From Eubacteriales bacterium (lineage in GTDB: Bacteria; Bacillota; Clostridia; Oscillospirales; CAG-272), in assembly GCA_045597145.1 (NCBI GenBank), contig JAZODU010000007.1, forward strand, positions 1,296-65,295: a stretch of 64,000 nucleotides of DNA, given 5' to 3'. Position numbers and translations under genes: made by a program. The notes under the pieces were generated by a model, which saw nothing but the letters and a program-made list of their open reading frames with translations, ran no database searches and was not told where the DNA came from. Of this stretch, positions 38,150 through 47,965 are shown one piece after another; position 1 is the stretch's first letter; every line of letters begins with the position of its first letter.

Positions 38150-38704
38150 TCAGATCTTCATGATCTCTTTTTCTTTCTTGGACGTGATCTCGTCGATCAG
38201 CTTGATGTAGCGGTCGGTGAGCTCCTGCACAGCCTTTTCGCCTGCCTTCTGCTCGTCCTCGGTCATCTCGCCGTCCTTCTTCTGCTTCTTGATGTCATCG
38301 TTGGCATCGCGGCGAATGTTACGGATCGCAACGCGGGAATCCTCGGACATCTTCTGAATCTGCTTCGCCAGCCCCTTGCGGTGCTCCTCGGTCAAAGGCG
38401 GAAACACAAGACGGATCACCGTTCCGTCGTCAACGGGGTTAATACCGATATCCGACGCCTGGATCGCCTTGACCATTGCCTTCAGGGTCGAACGGTCGTA
38501 GGGGGTGATGGTCAGGGTCTTGGGGTCGGTCACGGAAACCGACGCCATATCGGTCAGCTTCGTTGCCGAGCCGTAATAATCAAAGGTCACCTTGGAAACG
38601 ATCGCGCCGTTTGCCTGGCTTGCGCGAATGGTGGAAAGGTTGTTTTCGTAAGCCGCTACGGTCTTCTGCATCTTCTCTTCTGCTGCTTTGGTGTTGTACT
38701 TCAT
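38150..38704 (-). CDS. frr: ribosome recycling factor
   Basis: 184 aa. Matching segments are LSTIRASQANGAIVSKVTFDYYG, TITPYD and NIRRDAND. Confidence 0.95.
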   Translation of the reverse strand: MKYNTKAAEEKMQKTVAAYENNLSTIRASQANGAIVSKVTFDYYGSATKLTDMASVSVTDPKTLTITPYDRSTLKAMVKAIQASDIGINPVDDGTVIRLVFPPLTEEHRKGLAKQIQKMSEDSRVAIRNIRRDANDDIKKQKKDGEMTEDEQKAGEKAVQELTDRYIKLIDEITSKKEKEIMKI

Positions 38705-38733
38705 AATTCAAAAATCCTTTCGATGTAAAATTC

Positions 38734-39447
38734 TCAGTTGTGAATCGCCGTGCCCACGGACTCGCCCATGACCACGCGGTAAATGTTTTCGGGATCGGCA
38801 AGCCCGAAGGCATAGCCGTTGATACCGTTATCCATGCAAAGCGTGACCGAGGACATATCCAAAGCACGCAGATTTTCCTCAATGATCTGCTTGTAGGTGA
38901 TGTCGGAATAACGAACGGCGCTCGGATCCTTCAAGGGGTCTGCACTGTAGATCGCGTCGATGTTCTTCGCCATGAGAATACAATCCGCCTTGATCTCAGC
39001 CGCGCGCAGAGCCGCAGCCGTATCGGTGGAAAAGAAGGGCGTTCCCAAGCCGCAGCCAAAGATCACGACCTTGCCGCTCTCAAGAGCCTTGATGGCGCCG
39101 CGCGAGGTGTAGTGATCGGCAAACGCCTCCATCTCAACGGCGGTCATCACCAACGCATCCATGCCGACGCGCAGGAATACGTCCTGCAAAGCCAAGGAAT
39201 TGATCGCTGTAGCCAGCATACCCATGTGATCGGCACGGCAATGATCCATGCCCGTTCCTTGTCTGCCACGCCAGATGTTGCCCGCACCCACGATCACAGC
39301 GACCCGGACACCTGCGTCCACGCATCTCTTGATCTGCACGGCAACCCGTTCGATAAAGCTAAAATCCAGAATTCCGCCGTCCTTCGAGGACAGAGCCTCA
39401 CCCGACAGCTTGAGCAAAACGCGTTGATACTTCGGCTGTTCCATCAT
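38734..39447 (-). CDS. pyrH: UMP kinase
   Basis: YQRVLLKLSGEAL, VGAGNIWRG and FSTDTAAALRA. ATG 39447 lies 8 nt after AAGGAG. The GTG 39456 of the track overlaps the SD. Confidence 0.93.
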   Translation of the reverse strand: MMEQPKYQRVLLKLSGEALSSKDGGILDFSFIERVAVQIKRCVDAGVRVAVIVGAGNIWRGRQGTGMDHCRADHMGMLATAINSLALQDVFLRVGMDALVMTAVEMEAFADHYTSRGAIKALESGKVVIFGCGLGTPFFSTDTAAALRAAEIKADCILMAKNIDAIYSADPLKDPSAVRYSDITYKQIIEENLRALDMSSVTLCMDNGINGYAFGLADPENIYRVVMGESVGTAIHN

Positions 39448-39657
39448 TCTGTTCACTCCTTGCCTATTCTATATTATATTCTTTTATATTTTACTACATA
39501 ATTTCCCTTTTGTAAACACCTTTTTTGTAAACAAATATTTTTTTTGCAAAAAAGTGTGAGAAACAAAGGGAGAGCCGCTCGGATTTCAATTTCATCACCA
39601 TCGGCGATTACACAACACTCGGTGAGAGGGTGGAGGCGTTGCCGGGTAGAGATTTGT

Positions 39658-39691
39658 GGGGAGAGAGCTTTTTGGAAAAAGCTCTCTCCCC
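39658..39691. terminator. 16-bp palindromic hairpin downstream of prmA
   Basis: GGGGAGAGAGCTTTTT-GG-AAAAAGCTCTCTCCCC. The U-tract after the stem is poor on the minus strand. Confidence 0.6.
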
Positions 39692-39699
39692 ACTTTCTT

Positions 39700-40656
39700 T
39701 CACACCTTCATAACTGCTAATCCACACCAGCCGTTGTCAACAAGCTTTTCAACAATGCGGAATCCGTTTTGCTCAAAGCATTCGATCACGTCCGAGCTGC
39801 GCTCGAGAATGATTCCCGATGCCAGAAGGATCGTATTTTCGTGCATCAGCGTCCCCACGTCGGGCGTCATACGAATGATGATATCCGCCACGATGTTGGC
39901 GCAGATCAGATCGTACGGACGGGACTTGTCCACCTGACGGAGCAGGTCGGACACCTCGCAGGTGATGTTGGGCAGTCCGCTGTCCTTGATGTTCTCGTTT
40001 GCTACGCGAACCGCCATGGGGTCAATGTCGTAAGCGCGGCACTCGCCTGCTCCCAGCTTGGAGGCGCAGATCGCCAAAATTCCGCTTCCCGTGCCGACAT
40101 CCAGCATCCGACAGCCCTCTTTGGTATATTTTTCAAGCAGTTGGATCACCAGACGCGTGGTCTCGTGCGTGCCCGTACCAAACGCCATGCCCGGATCCAT
40201 GCGCACGATCAGCTCGCCCTTGGTAGGCGTGTACTTTTCCCATGCGGGGACGATCACAAGCTTCTCGCCGATCTTGATCGGCTTGTAGTACGCCTTCCAG
40301 GAGTTTGCCCAATCCTCCTCGTTCACGCCGACCGTTTCGATCTTCGCGTCCTCCAGAGCCGTTCCCGCAAAGCGCTCCTTGAGAAACGCCAGACACTCGG
40401 GTACGCTCTTCTCGGCTGGCAGATAGACCGACACCGACGCGATCGTTTTATCGGCGTTCAGAATGCTCTCGTCGATCAGGTCGCCATAGCAGGTCTTCAG
40501 ATCAATATCGCTGTAATCTTCAATTTGCAAATTGTTGGACACCATGCTCATGATCGCTGTCAGCTGATCGAGCAGCTCCAGCTTGACCGTTACGCGCACC
40601 TGCGTCCAGATCGACTCGTCACCAAAGTCACCGCATACGTAATCCTGATCTACCAT
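39700..40656 (-). CDS. prmA: ribosomal protein L11 methyltransferase
   Basis: PGMAFGTGTHETT, the SAM motif LDVGTGSGILAI, and its position after dnaJ. Confidence 0.9.
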   Translation of the reverse strand: MVDQDYVCGDFGDESIWTQVRVTVKLELLDQLTAIMSMVSNNLQIEDYSDIDLKTCYGDLIDESILNADKTIASVSVYLPAEKSVPECLAFLKERFAGTALEDAKIETVGVNEEDWANSWKAYYKPIKIGEKLVIVPAWEKYTPTKGELIVRMDPGMAFGTGTHETTRLVIQLLEKYTKEGCRMLDVGTGSGILAICASKLGAGECRAYDIDPMAVRVANENIKDSGLPNITCEVSDLLRQVDKSRPYDLICANIVADIIIRMTPDVGTLMHENTILLASGIILERSSDVIECFEQNGFRIVEKLVDNGWCGLAVMKV

Positions 40657-40664
40657 GCTTTACC

Positions 40665-41819
40665 TCACTTTTGTCCGAAAATCTTTTTGAAAAACTGCTT
40701 ATGCTTTGCGTAATTGCTCTCGCCGCAGCTGTCGGCAAAGGCACGCATCGCATTTCTCTGCTTGTCGTTGAGCCCCTTTGGGATCTCAACGCTGACGCGG
40801 AAGATATGGTCGCCGCGCTTACCGCCTCCGTTGATATACGGGATTCCCTTGCCGCGCACGGTAAACTGCGTGCCGGGCTGGGTGCCTTCGGGAATGTTGT
40901 ACTTGACGTTGCCGTCGAGCGTGGGAACGTCGATCTCTGCTCCCAGCGTTGCCTCCGCAACCGTCAGGGGCACCTCGCAATAGACGTTATAGCCGTCGCG
41001 CTCGAACACGTCGTGGCTGCGCACGCCCACGGTGATGATCAAATCACCCGCAGGACCGCCGTTTCTGCCGTCGTTGCCCTGTCCGCGCAGCGCAATACGC
41101 TCGCCGTTGGCGATGCCCGCAGGGATCGAAACGCTCAATTTCTTATTCTCGCGCGACATACCCGTTCCGCGGCATTTGGAGCAAGGATTTTTAATGCTCT
41201 TACCGCTACCGCGGCAGGCATCACACGTGGCGGTGGACTGAAACGCCATGCCGCCCATGCGCTGAACGCGGCGCACCTGACCCGTGCCGTGGCAGGTCTG
41301 GCAGGTTTCCACGCCCTGGCTTCCCTTTTCCGATCCGCTTCCCTTGCAGGCGTCGCAATGGCAAACGCGCGCGTAGGAAATATCCTTTTTCACGCCGAAC
41401 GCCGCCTCTTCAAAGGTAATGTAGACCGACGTGCCGATATCATCCCCCTGAATGGGTCCGTTGCGTCTGCGCGACGCGCCGCCGCCAAAGGCACCGCCGA
41501 ACATACCGCCCAGAATGTCGCCCAGATCTCCGAAATCGCCAAAGCCGCCAAAGCCACCGCCAAAGTCGCCGTAGCCGCCGCCCATGGAGGGATCAAAGGC
41601 AGCATGTCCGTACTGGTCGTACTTCGCCTTTTTCTCGGAATCCGAGAGCACCTCGTACGCCTCGTTGACCTCCTTGAACTTCTCCTCTGCTACCTTGTCG
41701 CCGGGATGCGTATCGGGATGATACTGCTTCGCCATTTTATAAAACGCTTTTTTGATGGTGCTTTCGTCGGCGCTTTTGTCAACGCCCAGCACCTCGTAAT
41801 AATCTCTTTTGTCTGCCAT
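40665..41819 (-). CDS. dnaJ: molecular chaperone DnaJ
   Basis: J domain with HPD, a G/F-rich region, and four CxxCxGxG repeats. Confidence 0.97.
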   Translation of the reverse strand: MADKRDYYEVLGVDKSADESTIKKAFYKMAKQYHPDTHPGDKVAEEKFKEVNEAYEVLSDSEKKAKYDQYGHAAFDPSMGGGYGDFGGGFGGFGDFGDLGDILGGMFGGAFGGGASRRRNGPIQGDDIGTSVYITFEEAAFGVKKDISYARVCHCDACKGSGSEKGSQGVETCQTCHGTGQVRRVQRMGGMAFQSTATCDACRGSGKSIKNPCSKCRGTGMSRENKKLSVSIPAGIANGERIALRGQGNDGRNGGPAGDLIITVGVRSHDVFERDGYNVYCEVPLTVAEATLGAEIDVPTLDGNVKYNIPEGTQPGTQFTVRGKGIPYINGGGKRGDHIFRVSVEIPKGLNDKQRNAMRAFADSCGESNYAKHKQFFKKIFGQK

Positions 41820-41840
41820 ATGAACCTCTTTTTTGTGTTG

Positions 41841-41928
41841 GTATCATGCTGATGCAGGTGTATTTTGAGCAAATACGCGTGCATCGGCATGATACACCCG
41901 ACGGGAAAGGCGGTTTCCCGCCTTTCCC
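41841..41928 (-). promoter_or_regulatory. two strong hairpins in the dnaK-dnaJ spacer
   Basis: GTATCATGCTGATGCA (41841-41856) pairs with TGCATCGGCATGATAC (41880-41895), with an inner GTATTT/AAATAC helix. The second hairpin is GGGAAAGGCGG-TTTC-CCGCCTTTCCC (41903-41928). No clean U-tract follows either one. Confidence 0.5.
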
Positions 41929-41939
41929 GATGTCAGTGA

Positions 41940-43766
41940 TTATTGATTGTTCGAGTTATCCTCGTAGTTTGCGTTGTAGTAGGTGCCGTCGCCGCCCATG
42001 TTGGGATCAGCCCCTGCCTCGCCTTGCGCGTCTGCCTGCTGCTGGTAAAGCTTTTCGGAGATCGCGTAGAAGGACTTCTCCACAGCCTCGGTGTCAGCCT
42101 TGATCGCCTCAACGTCGCCGCCCTTGAGGGTTTCCTTCAGCTTTTCGATCGCGTTCTTCACGTTCTGTGCGTCAGCGGGATCGACCTTGTCGCCAAGCTC
42201 GGAGAGCGTCTTTTCGCTCTGGAAGATGATGGACTCGGCACGGTTCTTGGTATCAACCGCTTCCTTTGCCTTCTTATCCTCCTCTGCGTACTTTTCAGCG
42301 TCCTTCACAGCACGGTCGATGTCCTCCTGGCTCATGTTGGTAGAGGAGGTGATCGTGATGTGCTGCTCCTTACCCGTGCCCTTATCCTGCGCGGTTACGT
42401 TTACGATACCGTTTGCGTCGATGTCAAAGGTGACCTCGATCTGGGGGATTCCTCTGGGAGCGGGCGTGATGCCGTCGAGAATGAAGCGACCGAGCGTAGT
42501 GTTGTTTGCCGCCATCTCACGCTCACCCTGAAGCACGTGGATCTCAACCGAGGTCTGACCGTCAGCCGCGGTGGAATAGACCTGACTCTTCTTTACGGGG
42601 ATCGTGGTGTTACGGTCAATGATGCGGTTGAACACGCCGCCCAAGGTTTCGATACCGAGGGACAGAGGCGTGACGTCGAGCAGGAGCAGATCCTTGACCT
42701 CGCCGCCGAGGACGCCGCCCTGAATTGCCGCACCGATCGCAACGCACTCGTCGGGGTTGATGCCCTTGAAGGGATCCTTACCGATGAACTTCTTAACAGC
42801 CTCCTGAACGGCAGGAATTCTGGTAGAACCGCCGACGAGGAGCACCTTGTCGATCTGGTTTACGGAAAGGCCTGCGTCGGAGAGTGCCTTCTTGGTGGGG
42901 ATCATGGTTCTCTCAACGAGGTCAGCCGTGATGCGGTCGAACTCCGCGCGGGAGAGGGTTGCCTCGAAGTGCAGAGGACCTGCCGCGGTTGCGGTGATGA
43001 AGGGGAGGTTGATCGAGGTGGAAGCCATGCCCGACAGCTCGATCTTTGCCTTCTCTGCCGCGTCGCGCAATCTCTGCAGGACCATTTTATCCTTGCGCAG
43101 GTCTACGCCGTTCTCGCGCTGGAACTGATCTGCCATCCAGTCGATAATTCTCTGGTCGAAGTCGTCTCCGCCCAGACGCGTGTCACCGTTGGTTGCAAGA
43201 ACCTCGAACACGCCGTCGGAGATCTCAAGCAGGGACACGTCGAACGTACCGCCGCCCAGGTCAAAGACCATGATCTTCTGGTTGTCTTCCTTATCCATAC
43301 CGTATGCAAGGGCTGCCGCCGTGGGCTCGTTGATGATACGGAGCACCTCAAGACCTGCGATCTTGCCCGCGTCCTTGGTTGCCTGACGCTGTGCGTCGGA
43401 GAAGTATGCGGGGACGGTGATGACCGCCTGATTGACGGTGGTACCGAGATAGCTCTCTGCGTCTGCCTTGAGCTTTTGCAGGATCATTGCAGAGAACTCC
43501 TGCGGATTGTAGGACTTGTCGTCAATCGTCTTCTTGTAACCCGTACCCATCTCGCGCTTGATGGAGATGATGGTGCGGTCGGGGTTGGTGATCGCCTGTC
43601 TTTTTGCGACCTGTCCAACCATTCTCTCACCCGTCTTGGAAAATGCCACGACGGAGGGGGTGGTTCTTGCTCCCTCGGGATTGGGGATCACGATGGGCTC
43701 GTTGCCCTCGTAAACCGCTACGCAAGAGTTGGTAGTACCCAAGTCAATACCAATGATTTTTCCCAT
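41940..43766 (-). CDS. dnaK: molecular chaperone DnaK
   Basis: [22 protein letters not shown] and [14 protein letters not shown] 43766 follows GGAGGA. Confidence 0.98.
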   Translation of the reverse strand: MGKIIGIDLGTTNSCVAVYEGNEPIVIPNPEGARTTPSVVAFSKTGERMVGQVAKRQAITNPDRTIISIKREMGTGYKKTIDDKSYNPQEFSAMILQKLKADAESYLGTTVNQAVITVPAYFSDAQRQATKDAGKIAGLEVLRIINEPTAAALAYGMDKEDNQKIMVFDLGGGTFDVSLLEISDGVFEVLATNGDTRLGGDDFDQRIIDWMADQFQRENGVDLRKDKMVLQRLRDAAEKAKIELSGMASTSINLPFITATAAGPLHFEATLSRAEFDRITADLVERTMIPTKKALSDAGLSVNQIDKVLLVGGSTRIPAVQEAVKKFIGKDPFKGINPDECVAIGAAIQGGVLGGEVKDLLLLDVTPLSLGIETLGGVFNRIIDRNTTIPVKKSQVYSTAADGQTSVEIHVLQGEREMAANNTTLGRFILDGITPAPRGIPQIEVTFDIDANGIVNVTAQDKGTGKEQHITITSSTNMSQEDIDRAVKDAEKYAEEDKKAKEAVDTKNRAESIIFQSEKTLSELGDKVDPADAQNVKNAIEKLKETLKGGDVEAIKADTEAVEKSFYAISEKLYQQQADAQGEAGADPNMGGDGTYYNANYEDNSNNQ

Positions 43767-43821
43767 GATAATTTCCTCCAATATATCAAATCAAATTTAA
43801 AACGGATTTATGTCGGCACGG

Positions 43822-44358
43822 TCAGTTTGCAACCGTTACCATAGCGTATCGGATCACCTTGTCGCCCTTGGTGTATCCCTTTTGGAACACCTCAACGATC
43901 TCGGAGTCACCGTATTGCTCGTCTTCAATGTGCATCACTGCGTTGTGCACGTTGAGCTCGAAGGTCTTGGTTTCGATCTCGCTCACACCCATCTTCTGCA
44001 AAGCGTCGTCAAACGCCTTGACCGTCAGCTCCAGCCCCTTCTTCACGCCCTCGAAATTGTCGGACTTCTCCGCTCTTTCCAGGTTGTCAAGGATCGGGAG
44101 AAGCCCTGCGATGCAATCGCTGTACGCATCTGCGTACACGCCTTCCTTTTCCTTTGCGCTTCTCTTGCGGAAGTTATCGTACTCCGCCATCATGCGCAGA
44201 TATTTATCGTTCGCGGCATCGCGCTCGGCACTCGTTTCCTCAAGCTGCTTTTTCAGTGCCGCGATCTCCGCTTCCAATTTTTTCACACTTTTCTTCTCGG
44301 CCTTGGTGGGCGTTTCGGTTGCCGCTTCCCCGACCGTTGCGTTTTTAGTTTCCTCCAT
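43822..44358 (-). CDS. grpE: nucleotide exchange factor GrpE
   Basis: It has a coiled-coil N-terminus, RMMAEYDNFRKR and VFQKGY..GDKVIR.A.V. Confidence 0.93.
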   Translation of the reverse strand: MEETKNATVGEAATETPTKAEKKSVKKLEAEIAALKKQLEETSAERDAANDKYLRMMAEYDNFRKRSAKEKEGVYADAYSDCIAGLLPILDNLERAEKSDNFEGVKKGLELTVKAFDDALQKMGVSEIETKTFELNVHNAVMHIEDEQYGDSEIVEVFQKGYTKGDKVIRYAMVTVAN

Positions 44359-45421
44359 TGGTTTCTCCTCCGTTCAACTGTTTATTCGGCTGTATCATAC
44401 TGGAAATGTTGCCGCTGAGCTCCTCCAGTGTTACCAGCACGCGGGCATAATCCATGCGTCGCGGTCCGATGACACCGATCACTCCCAGCGTTTTTCCGTT
44501 TTTGACGATGGGCTTGAACACAAGCGCCGAATTATTCATCACCTTGACCTGACTCTCCGAGCCGATCACAACGCTGATATCCTCGTTGTCGCTCTGTGAC
44601 ACGAGATTCAGAATATCGTCCTTTTTCTCAAGCGTTCCCAAAAGCTCCTGCAACTGTGAGACGTCGCTGTACTCGGGATACTGCAAAAGTCGGTCGATAC
44701 CGCTGATGCGCATTTCCCCGTTATCAAGCTCGCCCAACAGATCGTAAATGACCTTGATGACCTCCCCGATCGCGCCGCGCTCGCTCCCCATCTCCTCTTC
44801 CATTTTCATCATAATGGGAAGCGTGATCTGATCGGCGGTAACGCCCGTCAGATAGGTGTTGAGAATACGCGAAAGCTTTGTCAGCGTCGCCTGCGTGAGT
44901 GGCACCGTGGGATGCAGGTGCTTGCTTTTGACGTTTCCGTCCGAATCGACCGCTACCAGAATGTAGTGATCGGGCTCCAGATAGATGGTATCAAACTTGT
45001 TGACCGTGACCGACGCGACGCGGGGCTTGATGGCAATGCCCGTGTAGTTGGTCATACTGGACGCGAGGTTGGACGCCGCCAGCAGGATCTGGTCGAGCTC
45101 GCCCATTTTTGCCTTGAGAAGCGCGTTGATCTGCGCGATCTCGTGCGTGGTCATGGCGTACCGCTCGATCAGCGAATCGACGTAAAAGCGATAGCCGAGC
45201 TCACTCGGCACGCGCCCTGCCGATGCGTGCGGCTGTTCAAGATACCCCATCTCCTCCAATTCCGCCATTTCGTTGCGGACGGTAGCAGACGAGCAGTTCA
45301 ACTGCTGATTCCGGAGCACGTATTTGGAGCCGACGGGCTCGCCGCCCTCGATATGCGCATCAACGATCGCTTTTAATATTTGCTTTTTCCGCTCGGTTAA
45401 TCCGCGTTTTTCGGCGCTCAT
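44345..45421 (-). CDS. hrcA: heat-inducible transcription repressor HrcA
   Basis: LTERKKQILKAIV...EPVGSK..., with CIRCE upstream and hrcA-grpE-dnaK-dnaJ order. Confidence 0.93.
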   Translation of the reverse strand: MSAEKRGLTERKKQILKAIVDAHIEGGEPVGSKYVLRNQQLNCSSATVRNEMAELEEMGYLEQPHASAGRVPSELGYRFYVDSLIERYAMTTHEIAQINALLKAKMGELDQILLAASNLASSMTNYTGIAIKPRVASVTVNKFDTIYLEPDHYILVAVDSDGNVKSKHLHPTVPLTQATLTKLSRILNTYLTGVTADQITLPIMMKMEEEMGSERGAIGEVIKVIYDLLGELDNGEMRISGIDRLLQYPEYSDVSQLQELLGTLEKKDDILNLVSQSDNEDISVVIGSESQVKVMNNSALVFKPIVKNGKTLGVIGVIGPRRMDYARVLVTLEELSGNISSMIQPNKQLNGGETNGGN

Positions 45422-45460
45422 GCGTGTCCTGCTCCTTTCCGTTTCTTGAAACTGCTGTTT

Positions 45461-45487
45461 TTAGCACTCAAAGCAAGAGAGTGCTAA
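45461..45487. promoter_or_regulatory. CIRCE operator
   Basis: TTAGCACTC-AAAGCAAGA-GAGTGCTAA is a perfect consensus. It lies 11 nt downstream of the -10 on the minus strand. Confidence 0.95.
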
Positions 45488-45498
45488 ACCACGATACA

Positions 45499-45527
45499 AA
45501 TTTACCACTTTTTCAGCCATTTGTCAA
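45499..45527 (-). promoter_or_regulatory. SigA promoter of the hrcA operon
   Basis: On the minus strand: TTGACA, 17 nt, TAAATT. Confidence 0.7.
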
Positions 45528-45580
45528 GGGCTTTGCGCATGAATCTTATGAATAAATTGTAAATATCGCAGGCGAGTGCT

Positions 45581-45617
45581 AAAAAGAAGGACAGAGATGC
45601 AGTTTCTCTGTCCTTCT
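45581..45617 (-). terminator. intrinsic terminator
   Basis: On the minus strand: AGAAGGACAGAG-9 nt-CTCTGTCCTTCT plus TTTT, right after stop 45621. Confidence 0.8.
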
Positions 45618-45620
45618 CTT

Positions 45621-46382
45621 TTATTTTTGCTTGGTGCTGTCGTATTCGCTTTGCGCCCGCTGCTCGGCGCGGCTCAGCCATTTCAGGCTCAGCGCGATCA
45701 CAAGGAAGCCGACGGGGATCGCCAAAAGGTCGGTTATATAATAGGATATCACCAAGAAAAGCTCCATGCCGCCGTCGATCTGCAGTTCAAAGGAAAAGAT
45801 CATCTGCATATCGTAATAGAAGCGCGAGAGCACCTGCGTAACGGCGGGAATGATCGCGCAGAGCCACGCCGCGCGAAGCGTCGGCACACGGTCGCTCACA
45901 CGTAAAACGGGCTGATATTTCTTTCCTGCCAGCGTGCGATAGCAGATTCGGAACGCGATGCCGATCTGCACGCAGTCGAACACCGTACTGATCAGGATAT
46001 CGGGCAGATCGTAGGTCACCCACTCGCTCACGTGAAGCGCGCCCATGATCCATATGTAGGAAAAAACGTTGGTGAGGTACCGCAAAAAGGCTGCGCCTGC
46101 GAAAAAGCCTACGAAGGGCGCGGTCTTGTGTGCGTCAAAGCGTGCCGTGCCGTGGATCAGAAAGGTGAAGGCGCCGAGGTAAAAGATATAGTTCATCAGC
46201 GGCTCAACCATTTCGAGCCAGATCAGCATCGGGATCGAATCGTTCCAACGGATATCGCTGTACATCAGCCAGTACACTGGCATATAGATAACGGTACTGA
46301 ACGCAATGCACGCGCCGAGAAAGATCAGAAAATTTCTGCGAAGCCTTTGATATCGCGCAGTATCAAATATAGAAGCTGCCAT
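45621..46382 (-). CDS. hypothetical polytopic membrane protein
   Basis: 253 aa with about 6 TM segments. I recognise no family. Confidence 0.6.
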   Translation of the reverse strand: MAASIFDTARYQRLRRNFLIFLGACIAFSTVIYMPVYWLMYSDIRWNDSIPMLIWLEMVEPLMNYIFYLGAFTFLIHGTARFDAHKTAPFVGFFAGAAFLRYLTNVFSYIWIMGALHVSEWVTYDLPDILISTVFDCVQIGIAFRICYRTLAGKKYQPVLRVSDRVPTLRAAWLCAIIPAVTQVLSRFYYDMQMIFSFELQIDGGMELFLVISYYITDLLAIPVGFLVIALSLKWLSRAEQRAQSEYDSTKQK

Positions 46383-46508
46383 AAGATCTCCTTTTTGCTC
46401 AAATTCATTTTATTATAGCACATCTGCGCACAAAAATCCTATCCTATTTGTAAATATTTATCGTCACGCGCATATTCTGTTACAAATTATCAAATTGGGA
46501 GAGCCGTT

Positions 46509-47429
46509 ATGAAAGAACGCATGTCAACCGCCACGCCCTTTGACCACGTGCGCCTGACCGAATTACTCGCACAGATCGCAGACACCTATCCGTTCGCGGA
46601 GCTGACCTATCTCGGAAGCTCGATCATGGACCGCGCCATTCCCATGATCAAGATCGGAAATGCGCCGCGCGCCGTACTGTACGTGGGGACGCACCACGGC
46701 ATGGAATGGATCACGGCGGCACTTCTCGTGCGCTTTTTGGAGGAGCTTTGCGAGGCGGTCGAAAAAAAGCAGCGCATCGGCGCTTATTATCCCGTTGATC
46801 TGTGCAAGACCCGAGCCGTTTACATTCTGCCCATGCTCAACCCGGACGGTGCTGACTATCAGATCCACGGCGTGGCATCCGACAATCCGCTGTATGAGCG
46901 GCTGATCGAAATGAACGGCGGCAGCACGGATTTTTCGCGCTGGCAAGCCAATGCGCGCGGCGTGGATCTCAACCACAACTACGACGCGGGCTTTGCGGAA
47001 TACAAAAAGCTGGAGACGGAGCATGGGATCGCGGGCGGCGCGCCCACGCGCTACAGCGGACTCTCCCCCGAGAGCGAGCCCGAGGTCAGCCTGCTTTGCA
47101 ATTTTATTCGCTTTCACCAAAGGGAGCTTTGCGGCGTGATGACGCTTCACACGCAGGGCGAGGAGATCTTTTACCGCAGCGGTGACGTCACGCTTCCCCG
47201 TACCGCGCACGTTGCGCGCCGTTTGTCGGCACTGTCGGGGTATCGTGTCAGCGATGCCGAGGGGCTTGCCTCCTACGGGGGGCTGACCGATTGGTGTGTG
47301 CAAAAATTGGGACTGCCCTCCTTTACGCTCGAATGCGGCAAGGGAGAAAACCCGCTCCCCTTTTCGGAGCTTTCTGCGATCTACCTCCAGCTGCGGCACG
47401 CGCTGTTTGCGTTTCCGCGGTTGGTTTGA
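46509..47429 (+). CDS. M14 family metallopeptidase (gamma-D-glutamyl-meso-diaminopimelate peptidase-like)
   Basis: GTHHGMEWIT (HxxE zinc motif), NPDG, and RGVDLNHNY. Confidence 0.8.
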   Translation: MKERMSTATPFDHVRLTELLAQIADTYPFAELTYLGSSIMDRAIPMIKIGNAPRAVLYVGTHHGMEWITAALLVRFLEELCEAVEKKQRIGAYYPVDLCKTRAVYILPMLNPDGADYQIHGVASDNPLYERLIEMNGGSTDFSRWQANARGVDLNHNYDAGFAEYKKLETEHGIAGGAPTRYSGLSPESEPEVSLLCNFIRFHQRELCGVMTLHTQGEEIFYRSGDVTLPRTAHVARRLSALSGYRVSDAEGLASYGGLTDWCVQKLGLPSFTLECGKGENPLPFSELSAIYLQLRHALFAFPRLV

Positions 47430-47473
47430 GTGATATAGAACCCTCCCTGACGAAATGTCGGGGCGGGTTCTGT

Positions 47474-47965
47474 TCAATTTTCGCGCACCTTGGTGTGCTG
47501 ATACTGGATCTCAACCACGGAGCCGCCCTCAAGGAAGAACTCCATGTATATGCCGTCGCACTTGTAGATGAGGGAGGTATTGGTTGCGGTGTCGGCGTCG
47601 CCGTATGCCTTTGTGACGTCGCTCTTGGACGAGCCGATGCGCACGCCCTCTGCCGTTGCCACGGTGTCGTCGTACAGGCGGATCAGATAGATATAGTCCT
47701 TGCCGCCGTCGGGATAGGTGTGCAGCTCAAAGCCGCCGTAGATATAGATCTTATCCATGCCCGTAAAATAGCAGGAGGGGGATTCGTAATAATCGCTGTA
47801 CGCGCCAAGCTTTTCAAGGATCGGTCCGACGTTCGCGCCCACGGCGATCTCGGTGCTGCCCGATTTGAATTTGTACGCCTTTTTCTCGGACGCTTCCTCG
47901 GGCGTGCAGGAAATGCACATCAAAAGCATCAGGGCGCAAAGTGCCGGGCAAAGCCATTTTTTCAT
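47474..47965 (-). CDS. hypothetical lipoprotein
   Basis: Signal peptide with the lipobox ISC. ATGA overlap with the upstream SGNH gene. Confidence 0.6.
   Translation of the reverse strand: MKKWLCPALCALMLLMCISCTPEEASEKKAYKFKSGSTEIAVGANVGPILEKLGAYSDYYESPSCYFTGMDKIYIYGGFELHTYPDGGKDYIYLIRLYDDTVATAEGVRIGSSKSDVTKAYGDADTATNTSLIYKCDGIYMEFFLEGGSVVEIQYQHTKVREN

Noticed and set aside
32802-39447. ispG instead of proS between rseP and polC, and no tsf upstream of pyrH, as an unusual rearrangement.
   Set aside because: To my knowledge the order pyrH-frr-uppS-cdsA-dxr-rseP-ispG-polC is the common clostridial arrangement. It differs from Bacillus but is not unusual for this class.
39540-39657. GC-rich non-coding stretch between the prmA hairpin and the pyrH promoter, considered as a possible small RNA or tRNA fragment.
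   Set aside because: I could not fold it into a tRNA or find convincing stems, a promoter or a terminator. The overlapping track ORF (39656-39937) is antisense to prmA. The evidence is insufficient to call anything.
45574-45582. Second GAGTGCTAA CIRCE half-site upstream of the hrcA promoter.
   Set aside because: Only one arm is present, with no partner TTAGCACTC at 9-nt spacing. It also overlaps the A/T run of the neighbouring gene's terminator. It is probably coincidental.
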